Positions 38,878 to 46,842 of a stretch of DNA of 64,000 bases are shown here, piece after piece; the first letter of the stretch is position 1; every line of letters starts with the position of its first letter. Below the pieces are notes generated by a model, which was not told the DNA's origin, ran no database searches, and saw nothing but the letters and a program-made list of their open reading frames with translations. The stretch is from an uncultured Bacilli bacterium (GTDB lineage Bacteria; Bacillota_I; Bacilli_A; RF39; UBA660): the NCBI GenBank assembly GCA_910578855.1, contig CAJTRV010000005.1, positions 788 through 64,787 on the forward strand. Direction: 5' to 3'. The translations under genes and the position numbers were made by a program.

Positions 38878-39172
38878 AAAAAAACTGCACACTTTATTTT
38901 ATACTCTCTTGTACATTTAATTAGAAATTCCTTAAAATATGTACCAAGTAAAGACTATAAAAAGTTCACTGCCAATCTCAAACTAGTTTATGGTGCCCCT
39001 AATCTAAAAGCAGCTCAAAGTGAATTTGAAAAATTTAAAACAAACTGGTCTAAATACTCGGGTGCAGTTAATGTATGGGAACGTAACTTCAAGCATGTAG
39101 AACAACTTTTTGACTATCCTAGTGACATAAGGAAAATTATGTATACGACCAATGCTATAGAATCTGGATTGT
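38878..39172 (+). mobile_element. IS256-family (Mutator-type) transposase gene remnant, internal/C-terminal fragment only
   Basis: Own translation KKNCHFILYLLVHLIRNSLKYVPSKDYKKFTANLKLVYGAPNLKAAQSEFEKFKTNWSKYSGAVNVWERNFKHVEQLFDYPSDIRKIMYTTNAIESGL* matches the conserved IS256 Tnp block (..V.K.RN.L..V..KD.K.....LK.IY.A.....A...L..F...W...YP......W..N...L...F.YP..IRK.IYTTNAIES). Open for only about 98 codons, no DDE N-terminal part. Confidence 0.65.
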
Positions 39173-39262
39173 AAATGGTATGCAAGTGGAGTTTGATAGT
39201 CAAGTGAACCATGAATCCGAATTGTATTGTGCTTCCTTTTTGCACACCTAGTTTTAAAACAT

Positions 39263-39487
39263 TTAATTTGTTTTAATATGAACTTCTAAATCCTTTAATT
39301 TAATACTCCTAGAATAATCATTTACAAATAAAGTATCACTTCCATTGAATATTAAATAATTATTCTCTTTGATTGTAATAATAGGTTTAACACAAGCAAA
39401 TCTACATATCATTTCAATTCTTTTTAACGCTTCCTTATCAAACTCTAATTCCTTAACAACATCCATACTCATCACTTCCATTCTCAA
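39263..39487 (-). CDS. small hypothetical protein (74 aa), paralog of ORF 1303..1581. Weak translation signals.
   Basis: C-terminal YLIFNGSDTLFVNDYSRSIKLKDLEVHIK is about 55% identical to the ORF beside tRNA-Thr. TTG/ATG starts without a clear SD. Hairpin-Tn terminator (39493-39518) lies between it and the tRNA. Confidence 0.35.
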   Translation of the reverse strand: MRMEVMSMDVVKELEFDKEALKRIEMICRFACVKPIITIKENNYLIFNGSDTLFVNDYSRSIKLKDLEVHIKTN

Positions 39488-39563
39488 ATAACAAAAAAAC
39501 TAGACGGTATTTCTAGTTAATATTTATTACTCTCGAATAAACAGTTCGAGTATCAATTAAATC

Positions 39564-39649
39564 TGGTGCAGGAAACGAGATTTGAACTCGCACAGGATCT
39601 CTCCCACTACCCCCTCAAAGTAGCGTGTCTACCATTCCACCATCCCTGC
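39564..39649 (-). tRNA. tRNA-Leu (anticodon GAG), class II long variable arm
   Basis: Minus-strand read GCAGGGA-TG-GTGG-AATGGTAG-ACAC-G-CTACT-TTGAGGG-GGTAG-TGGGAGAGATCCTGT-GCGAG-TTCAAAT-CTCGT-TTCCTGC-A-CCA. Confidence 0.85.
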
Positions 39650-39693
39650 AACTGTTATTATTTTATCACATTTTTTAGAATTTGAAAAGAGTC

Positions 39694-40560
39694 CTATTTC
39701 ACAAGACTCTTATTTAATAATTCTTTTTTCTTTTTCTCTAATTCTTTCTTAGTTAAAATACCCCGTTCATATAAATCCGCATACTCTTTTAATAGTGTTA
39801 GCTCATCGGTTTCAACATTTTTTTTCGTATTTAATTGAACTTTAGAAAACTTTTTTACCTGTTTTTCATTTACAACAACTGCATCTTTCACTGGCAATAA
39901 TTCCTTTAGATATGGATAGCTATCATAGCTTAATACCATTTCCTGAATATCCCCTTGTTCATCTTTAAACAACATCGTCATATTACGATAATCACTAACA
40001 CGAAGTTGTGATTGAATTGGTTGTACCTCAATACTGCTTTTCGCCTTTGCATCGCTTCCAATGATACTGCTACTCGCTTTTACTTTAATATCACCACCAG
40101 TAATATCATTATGATATACTATTTGCCCATCTTGTTTATATTCCAAAATACGGCTAACCGGAATCCGGACAACATCTAAATTTTGGTGATAATGGTAATA
40201 ATTATTTCTTGTTGGAGGATACGGAAACAAGCATAACGTTCTTTTTTCAAGCCAACAATACATAAGTCCCATAAATAAATTATGCTCTATCCAGGTAGTA
40301 CTAAGAAAGAATACTTTGGTATGTTTTGGGGGAATGACAACCTCATCCCTAAGAGTCTGGTAAATCATCTCTGCCTGATGAAATTGCTCATTTCGTTTTC
40401 TCCTATCCCGACGTCCTTTCCATTTCCTAACAACATAACGGACAAACTTAAAGGTAAGATATCCGATCACCGCATAAACACCAATTTCCACATCTGGCGT
40501 TTTTGTAATTAGATACTCCAAAATATATAGTACAACAAACAACGCAATTAAATAGCCCAT
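39694..40560 (-). CDS. membrane protein with C-terminal SHOCT domain
   Basis: Two N-terminal TM helices. C-terminal LLKEYADLYERGILTKKELEKKKKELL (SHOCT-like). Start moved to ATG 40560 (RBS GAGGAGTG). Confidence 0.55.
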   Translation of the reverse strand: MGYLIALFVVLYILEYLITKTPDVEIGVYAVIGYLTFKFVRYVVRKWKGRRDRRKRNEQFHQAEMIYQTLRDEVVIPPKHTKVFFLSTTWIEHNLFMGLMYCWLEKRTLCLFPYPPTRNNYYHYHQNLDVVRIPVSRILEYKQDGQIVYHNDITGGDIKVKASSSIIGSDAKAKSSIEVQPIQSQLRVSDYRNMTMLFKDEQGDIQEMVLSYDSYPYLKELLPVKDAVVVNEKQVKKFSKVQLNTKKNVETDELTLLKEYADLYERGILTKKELEKKKKELLNKSLVK

Positions 40561-40622
40561 ACAAACACTCCTCAGAGCTATTATATCCAATTTACCATTA
40601 TTTGTAAATAAAAAGGACCAAT

Positions 40623-41978
40623 TTAGTCCTTTAACGCTTTAAACATTTTTTTCCATAATCCCTTCGAAGAGTAATTTAAAATTCCTACTTTATAGATTTT
40701 TAAACCATACTTAATTAATAAATAGTTGGTCACAATTGTAAGAAGAATTGCAACGATCATATCAAGAATGCCAATCTGACCAATGATCAAAAGGGATGGC
40801 GACAAGATTGCTGAAATCAAAGGGATATAAGAGAAGATTCTAATAAATAAAGATCCTCCAAACATCGTCGATAAGGTTGCTAAGTAATAACCAGCAAGTG
40901 AAATCACAATAATTGGTGTTTGTAACTGTTGGAAGTCCTCGATATTGGTCGTCATACTAGCTAAAATACCAGCAAGTAGTGAATATGAAATAAAAGTAAG
41001 TATCATGAGAAGTAAAGTTAGTGGAATAATATAAATTAATTTTTCACCCATTCCACCTTCTAATAAGTTCCCAACCATGGTTCCCACAGAATCTGTAATA
41101 CCACCATTAATTCCATCACCAGCAATCATAGTTCGCAATAAGAGACCAATTCCACCATAGATAAACAATAAAATTGATTGAATAATCACAAATAAGTTAC
41201 CAGCAATCACTTTCGAAAAGAAATGAGTCTTAGGAGAGACATTAGAAATAATAATTTCCATTCCCCGAGTCGTCTTTTCATCGTTTACTTCGGCCCCGAT
41301 CATCTGTACTAAGAATAGTGTCAGCATAAAGAATGGTAAAATAATAATTGGAAGAACAAAGCCCATAATCATTTCATTGTTCTCCCCTGCTTCATTCTTA
41401 TCTTTCTCTAAATATTCCCGTTCTAACTTAATTGGGGTATTGATACGAGCAAGCTCTTCACTTGAAATGTTTGATTTTTGAAATGCGAGTGTACTTTTGG
41501 TACCATTGACAGCTGCATTGATAATCTGAAAATTTTGTGTTGACAAATAATCTTTAGAAATTAATTTGGCTGTTAAGACATCTTGATCAGAATGATCTAA
41601 TACTAAGACAACCGTTTTCTTCTCATCAGCAATTAATTTCTTCGCTTCCTTTTCAGATTTCTGATAACGTTTTATCGTAAACTTCGATTGATCAGAAACC
41701 GCTTCTTCAGATGAATTATCTTCAACGGTAAAAGACGTTGTTGAAGTCCGAATCTGATCTTTCAATAAGTCGTAAGATTCATTGGTATGATCAATCACAT
41801 AGATCGTTGTTTTTTCATTGAACTCACCACCAAAGGCTGTAATAATTGTATCAATATTTAATCCAGCAATAATAACAAGTGCAATTAAAGCATTGGCAAT
41901 GACAAACCACTTGGTTTTAATTTTACGTTTAAGAGAGACTCCTGTTAAAAATTTAAGTTTACTTTTCATATGATTCAC
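40623..41978 (-). CDS. ABC-2 type transporter permease with large N-terminal extracytoplasmic domain (NatB/YhaP-like)
   Basis: N-terminal TM, about 180-aa loop, 5 C-terminal TM. Overlaps the ATPase gene by 20 nt. Confidence 0.7.
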   Translation of the reverse strand: MNHMKSKLKFLTGVSLKRKIKTKWFVIANALIALVIIAGLNIDTIITAFGGEFNEKTTIYVIDHTNESYDLLKDQIRTSTTSFTVEDNSSEEAVSDQSKFTIKRYQKSEKEAKKLIADEKKTVVLVLDHSDQDVLTAKLISKDYLSTQNFQIINAAVNGTKSTLAFQKSNISSEELARINTPIKLEREYLEKDKNEAGENNEMIMGFVLPIIILPFFMLTLFLVQMIGAEVNDEKTTRGMEIIISNVSPKTHFFSKVIAGNLFVIIQSILLFIYGGIGLLLRTMIAGDGINGGITDSVGTMVGNLLEGGMGEKLIYIIPLTLLLMILTFISYSLLAGILASMTTNIEDFQQLQTPIIVISLAGYYLATLSTMFGGSLFIRIFSYIPLISAILSPSLLIIGQIGILDMIVAILLTIVTNYLLIKYGLKIYKVGILNYSSKGLWKKMFKALKD

Positions 41979-42858
41979 CTACTTTCGCGACAAAGATTTC
42001 ATTTAATGATGGTTCTTCAACCGCAAACTTTGTAATATTTTTATGTTTACTAACAACTTTAAATACCGCTGGCGCTACGGCAATATCATCAATCTTGACA
42101 ATCATTTCCTCAGCCGTATTTTCAACGGATAATACGCCTTTTATCTTTTCTAAATCAGTACTAGCTATATCTCCTTTGATTAAAATATTTTTCTTACGAT
42201 ATTGTTCTTTAATATCAGAAAGATAACCTTCTAAAACAGGTTTCCCCTGCATAATAATCGCCAGTTTCTTACAAAACAATTCGACATGTTCCATTCGATG
42301 CGATGAGAAAATAATAATACTTCCTGCCTTCGACATTTCTAAAATTTCAGCTTTAAACAATTCAACATTAAATGGATCTAACCCTGAAAAGGGCTCATCT
42401 AGAATTAATAATCTCGGCCGGTTTAAGATAGCAGTAATAAACTGAATCTTTTGTTGATTCCCCTTTGATAGCTCTTTTATTTTTTTATCTTTATACGCTG
42501 TAATTCCAAACTTCTCTAATAAAGCATCTAAACGTTCTTCAATTTCCTTATCACTCATTCCTTTGAGGTTTCCATAAAATAAACATTGCTCTTTAACAGT
42601 CATCTTCGTCAATAAACTTCGTTCTTCAGTTAAAAAACCAATGGTGTCAGTTACTGTGTAATCAATCGGTTTCCCATCTAGCGTAATCGTTCCTTTAGTC
42701 GGTTCTAACAATCCCATAATCATCCGGAATGTCGTTGTTTTTCCCGCACCATTGACTCCCAATAAGCCAAAGATTTCGCCTTTTTTGACTGTAAATGATA
42801 AATCATCAACAGCTAAGAAATCACCATAGTATTTGGTAACATGTTCTACTTTTAACAT
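41959..42858 (-). CDS. ABC transporter ATP-binding protein (NatA/YhaQ-like)
   Basis: Walker A GVNGAGKTT, signature LSKGNQQKIQ, Walker B LILDEPFSGLD. Confidence 0.9.
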   Translation of the reverse strand: MLKVEHVTKYYGDFLAVDDLSFTVKKGEIFGLLGVNGAGKTTTFRMIMGLLEPTKGTITLDGKPIDYTVTDTIGFLTEERSLLTKMTVKEQCLFYGNLKGMSDKEIEERLDALLEKFGITAYKDKKIKELSKGNQQKIQFITAILNRPRLLILDEPFSGLDPFNVELFKAEILEMSKAGSIIIFSSHRMEHVELFCKKLAIIMQGKPVLEGYLSDIKEQYRKKNILIKGDIASTDLEKIKGVLSVENTAEEMIVKIDDIAVAPAVFKVVSKHKNITKFAVEEPSLNEIFVAKVGESYEK

Positions 42859-42963
42859 ACTCTCACTCCTTCTATAAAACCATTATACCGATTTTTACCA
42901 GAAAGTGCAATAAAATGACTATTTTTCATCAGATTTAGAAAAAAAGAAATGACGCGCATTTCT

Positions 42964-43317
42964 TTATAACCATTTACTCTCTGTTAGTTTTGTCTGAACC
43001 ATATCTTGATACACTTCATATAGATGTATTAAATTCTTAATAATAAAGTTTCCCCAATCATTTTGGTTATTATATTCTTCTTGAACCAAACGATAAAATT
43101 TCGCATTGTCCAGATAATAAGCAAGGGCTTCATCATAATGATAAATCAAATCTATCTCTTCCATACTATCTAAATTAATCGCATCCATATAATCACGGTA
43201 ATAATTAATCAACATCTTTGTAATACAATCTTCTTCATGGTAAACATAAGATACAATTTGATCATAATGCTTACACATCGAAATAATACTACCTTTGCGT
43301 ATCGTTACACGTTCCAT
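42964..43317 (-). CDS. hypothetical protein (117 aa)
   Basis: Intact ORF between ABC operon and rseP. No motif recognised. Confidence 0.45.
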   Translation of the reverse strand: MERVTIRKGSIISMCKHYDQIVSYVYHEEDCITKMLINYYRDYMDAINLDSMEEIDLIYHYDEALAYYLDNAKFYRLVQEEYNNQNDWGNFIIKNLIHLYEVYQDMVQTKLTESKWL

Positions 43318-43329
43318 ATTTCCACCTAT

Positions 43330-44370
43330 CTATCCAAATAATCTAATGATATCATTCCATGTAATGACAACCATTAAAATCATTAACAAAATAAAGCCGA
43401 CTGCATGTATCGTGTTTTCAATTTCTGGTTTGATGGGTTTTCCTGTAATTTTTTCGATGAATAAGAATAATAAACGCCCACCATCAAATGCCGGAATGGG
43501 AAGTAAGTTAATAAAGCCGACATTGACACTAAGAAATCCAATTAAATAGATGACATTAATGAAGCCTGCCTTGGCACTCTCACCTACGACATTAAAGATA
43601 CCAATTGGGCCAGCAAGCGAATTTAAACTCATCTTTCCGGTTATTAAATAAAGAATAATCAGCACCATTTGATGAATCAACGTCGCTGTTTTAGTGAAAG
43701 CATATTGAAATGCTGCTAGAATTCCGTGGCTTCTTGTGTTATCAAGGCTAAAGCCATATTGATATACTTCTTCTAAATCGACAACCTTCTTCACTGGTGA
43801 CAACGTGATATCCTCTTTCGATCCGTTTTTATGAACCACTTGGAAAGTTATCTTTTCTCCCAAACGAACTTGAAATTCCACCAAAAAGTGATCCAAGGAC
43901 AAAACCTTATTACCATCTACTTTGATGATCTTATCCCCTTTTTGTAAATGGCTCTCATAACTGGGAAAGCCCTTTTCAACTTCGGCAATATATGGATCTG
44001 TTCGTGGGGCACCTGCAATGAGGGCAACAATGAAGAAAATCACAATAGCCAACAAGAAGTTAAAGACAATACCGGCAACAATCGTTAAAAACTTCTGTAA
44101 CCAAGTCTTTGACTGCATCCGCCTATTCTCAGGAATATCACGATCTAATTCGACCTCTTCCCCTGCCATTTTAACATAGCCACCAATCGGAAAAAGTCGA
44201 ATTGAGTAAGTTGTCTCATCATTTTTCCGATTCCATTTCCATAGTTGTGGACCCATTCCAATTGAAAATTCATAAACATAAATTCCAGCTCGTTTGGCAA
44301 ATAAGAAATGCCCAAACTCATGAATACATACCACTACCCCTAATACAAAAACAAAATATAATAATGTCAT
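43330..44370 (-). CDS. rseP: RIP metalloprotease RseP/RasP (M50 site-2 protease)
   Basis: HEFGHFLFAKRAG zinc motif, PDZ domain, LDGG-like FDGGRLLF motif. Confidence 0.85.
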   Translation of the reverse strand: MTLLYFVFVLGVVVCIHEFGHFLFAKRAGIYVYEFSIGMGPQLWKWNRKNDETTYSIRLFPIGGYVKMAGEEVELDRDIPENRRMQSKTWLQKFLTIVAGIVFNFLLAIVIFFIVALIAGAPRTDPYIAEVEKGFPSYESHLQKGDKIIKVDGNKVLSLDHFLVEFQVRLGEKITFQVVHKNGSKEDITLSPVKKVVDLEEVYQYGFSLDNTRSHGILAAFQYAFTKTATLIHQMVLIILYLITGKMSLNSLAGPIGIFNVVGESAKAGFINVIYLIGFLSVNVGFINLLPIPAFDGGRLLFLFIEKITGKPIKPEIENTIHAVGFILLMILMVVITWNDIIRLFG

Positions 44371-44382
44371 GGTTTTCCTCCT

Positions 44383-45183
44383 CTAAATAATTGCGATAAA
44401 AAAGATAAAGCCTAATACAACAAAAATAATACTGTCAAGGCGATCAAGAATTCCACCGTGACCAGGAATCAGATTCGAAAAATCTTTTTTTCCGAAGTAG
44501 CGTTTGATCGCAGAAAATGCCAGATCACCAAATTGGCCTAAGATTGACAAAAACAAAGTCATAACGATAACGACCATGAGTGACAAATTAGGATTAACAA
44601 CGATGTGATAAAAGACACAGGCAATGAATGTTCCAAACAAGGTTCCAAGCATCATTCCCTCGATCGTTTTCTTTGGCGAAATAGATACTAATAATGGATG
44701 TTTTCCAACAAGTAAGCCGCCAATATAAGCATATGTATCAGTCATAATTGTAATTGTAAATAAATATAACAACAGGTTTAATTCAATATTTCGAAGTACG
44801 ATTAGTAAATTAAATGAAACACCCAAAAAGAAAATTCCGCCAATTAAGTAAAAAGCATCATTAATACTATACTTTTTACTATCATGATACAAAGTAACCG
44901 GGAGTAACATACTGATAAATAATCCAGTAATCACACGAAAATCAATACTAAAAATCAATTCTTGATTGGTCATATTTACTAGTGTAATCAAGGTAAATAG
45001 GATATAAGAAATTAACTTCATAAACTCAGGAAGTGCCTTCTTACTACCTCTGATATCTAAAAATTCTTTTAATCCTAGTAAGCCAATAATCCACATTGTC
45101 AAATTAAAAAGCATTCCCCCTTGTAGAAAAACGGGACCTAGAATAGCTAATATAACGATCGCACTTATTATTCTTATTTTCAT
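44383..45183 (-). CDS. cdsA: phosphatidate cytidylyltransferase
   Basis: Signature SNLIPGHGGILDRLDS, 8 TM. RBS GGAGGAAGA. Confidence 0.85.
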   Translation of the reverse strand: MKIRIISAIVILAILGPVFLQGGMLFNLTMWIIGLLGLKEFLDIRGSKKALPEFMKLISYILFTLITLVNMTNQELIFSIDFRVITGLFISMLLPVTLYHDSKKYSINDAFYLIGGIFFLGVSFNLLIVLRNIELNLLLYLFTITIMTDTYAYIGGLLVGKHPLLVSISPKKTIEGMMLGTLFGTFIACVFYHIVVNPNLSLMVVIVMTLFLSILGQFGDLAFSAIKRYFGKKDFSNLIPGHGGILDRLDSIIFVVLGFIFFIAII

Positions 45184-45584
45184 TTTCTTCCTCCAACTCT
45201 GTGTTCACAATTTTGATTACTTGTAAAACTTTGGTAAATTGTCTATCATCAAAAATAAATCGTAGTAAAATAAAGTTTGGCACGCTTATTAGAGAAAGTA
45301 ACCTTACTTAGATACGATTACTACTTATTCTCTTACTTATATAAATAGATAAGATTTTTAGCATCGATGATCTTTCTTTTATATTATAGTATAAATAACA
45401 AAAATATACAATCATTCTGGCTATTTCTTTACTAGAAACCGTTAAGCAGGTGCCTATTTTACTCTTTATGGACAAAATAGGATTACAAAATCACCCTCTA
45501 TAAGCTTTACTATCTACTACTTTGATCAAGGGTTAACTTCAACTGACAGTTGAAGTTAAGATGAAACAAAAAAAAGCCTCACGG

Positions 45585-45830
45585 CTAAAAAGAATCAAAA
45601 TTAATTTTTACCAATTTATTTTCTTTTAAATAACTACTCGCTTGGACAATAGTTCGTATTGATTGGGCTGTTGTTCCACCCTTCCCAATCACACTTCCCA
45701 TATCGTTTTCGCTCACCAAAACCTGAATGACCACAGTATCTTCAGTATCATCAAATAACTTTACCGATACAGCTTCCGCTTCTTCAACAATACTCTTGAT
45801 CAGATAATCAGTTAATGCTACTAAATCCAT
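45585..45830 (-). CDS. khpA: KH-domain RNA-binding protein KhpA (YlqC)
   Basis: 81 aa, ...VIGKGGTTAQSIRTIV... Follows rpsP as in Bacillus. Confidence 0.8.
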   Translation of the reverse strand: MDLVALTDYLIKSIVEEAEAVSVKLFDDTEDTVVIQVLVSENDMGSVIGKGGTTAQSIRTIVQASSYLKENKLVKINFDSF

Positions 45831-45832
45831 TC

Positions 45833-46111
45833 TTAGTTACCTTTCGTTGCTTTAGATTCATGAAATTTCTTCATAATTCCTTGTTTACTTAGCAAGTCTC
45901 TTACCGTATCTGTAGGTTGAGCTCCGTTTGCTAACCATTTTAAGGCAACTTCTTCATTTACAGTTACAATCGCTGGTTGTTTCGTTGGATCATAAGTACC
46001 CACGTTTTCAATAAACTTTCCATCTCTTGGACTTCTTGAATCAGCGGCAACAATTCGATAATATGGTTTTTTCGTTGATCCCATTCGTTTTAATCTTAAC
46101 TTAACTGCCAT
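45833..46111 (-). CDS. rpsP: 30S ribosomal protein S16
   Basis: [35 protein letters not shown]. Start at ATG 46111 (RBS GGAGGG). The ORF-track N-terminal extension was rejected. Confidence 0.9.
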   Translation of the reverse strand: MAVKLRLKRMGSTKKPYYRIVAADSRSPRDGKFIENVGTYDPTKQPAIVTVNEEVALKWLANGAQPTDTVRDLLSKQGIMKKFHESKATKGN

Positions 46112-46184
46112 GCTATCCCTCCATTCATAGTACCATTTTATCACGTCATAAGAAAAGTGTCAACCATTTTTTGTTGACACTTCA

Positions 46185-46718
46185 TTATATGTAATTTTCA
46201 TCGACAGATTCATCTATTTGTTCTAAAACTTCATCATCGACATCATCTTCGATTTCATCCCAAGGATCTTCTTCCTCTTCCACCGAAATTTTGACCTTTG
46301 CTTCTCCGACGATTTCCACACCAAGTTCTTTTTCGATATCAAAGTTAATATCACCATTCTCCGTAATATTTACTTTAACACAATTCGGTTGTTTTAATGT
46401 TCGGACAATAATATCAGTGTCACCATTGATATCACTATTTTCTCTTACTCTAACATTAAAGGTATCATTGTAATCAATTTTCTTATTTACAACGGTCGTT
46501 TTTGAATCGTTGTCATAAGAATACCAAATATTAATATCAAAAGAACCATCTACACCAATCTTTTCACCTGTTTTGTACCCCTTAAATTGGTGATTGATGA
46601 CCCAGCAACCCAATACAGTCGTTGGTCGATCCGTTGGTGTTATCGTATAATTGTTTTTAAAATACTTTTTCCCTTTACCAATAATTGTTTTTGTTACAAT
46701 TTCTTTATATAATGCCAT
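46185..46718 (-). CDS. cotE: outer spore coat morphogenetic protein CotE
   Basis: YKEIVTKTIIGKGKKYF...LGCWVINHQFKG...DINIWYSYDNDSKTTVV...QPNCVKVNITENG and acidic tail closely parallel B. subtilis CotE. Start ATG 46718 (RBS GAGGGGTGA). Confidence 0.8.
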   Translation of the reverse strand: MALYKEIVTKTIIGKGKKYFKNNYTITPTDRPTTVLGCWVINHQFKGYKTGEKIGVDGSFDINIWYSYDNDSKTTVVNKKIDYNDTFNVRVRENSDINGDTDIIVRTLKQPNCVKVNITENGDINFDIEKELGVEIVGEAKVKISVEEEEDPWDEIEDDVDDEVLEQIDESVDENYI

Positions 46719-46842
46719 ATACTCACCCCTCACTTTAATGTATGCTTTATGCGGAAAAAGTGTACAAAAAAATAGATAAATCGAATATTTTCCTCAGCTT
46801 TTACGGAGTCATTTTTCATTTCATAAAAAAAGCCCCACCCAA

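Noticed and set aside
40282-40512. 76-aa plus ORF
   Set aside because: Antisense to the SHOCT membrane protein gene.
43295-44390. Plus ORFs 43295..43549 and 44202..44390
   Set aside because: Antisense to rseP.
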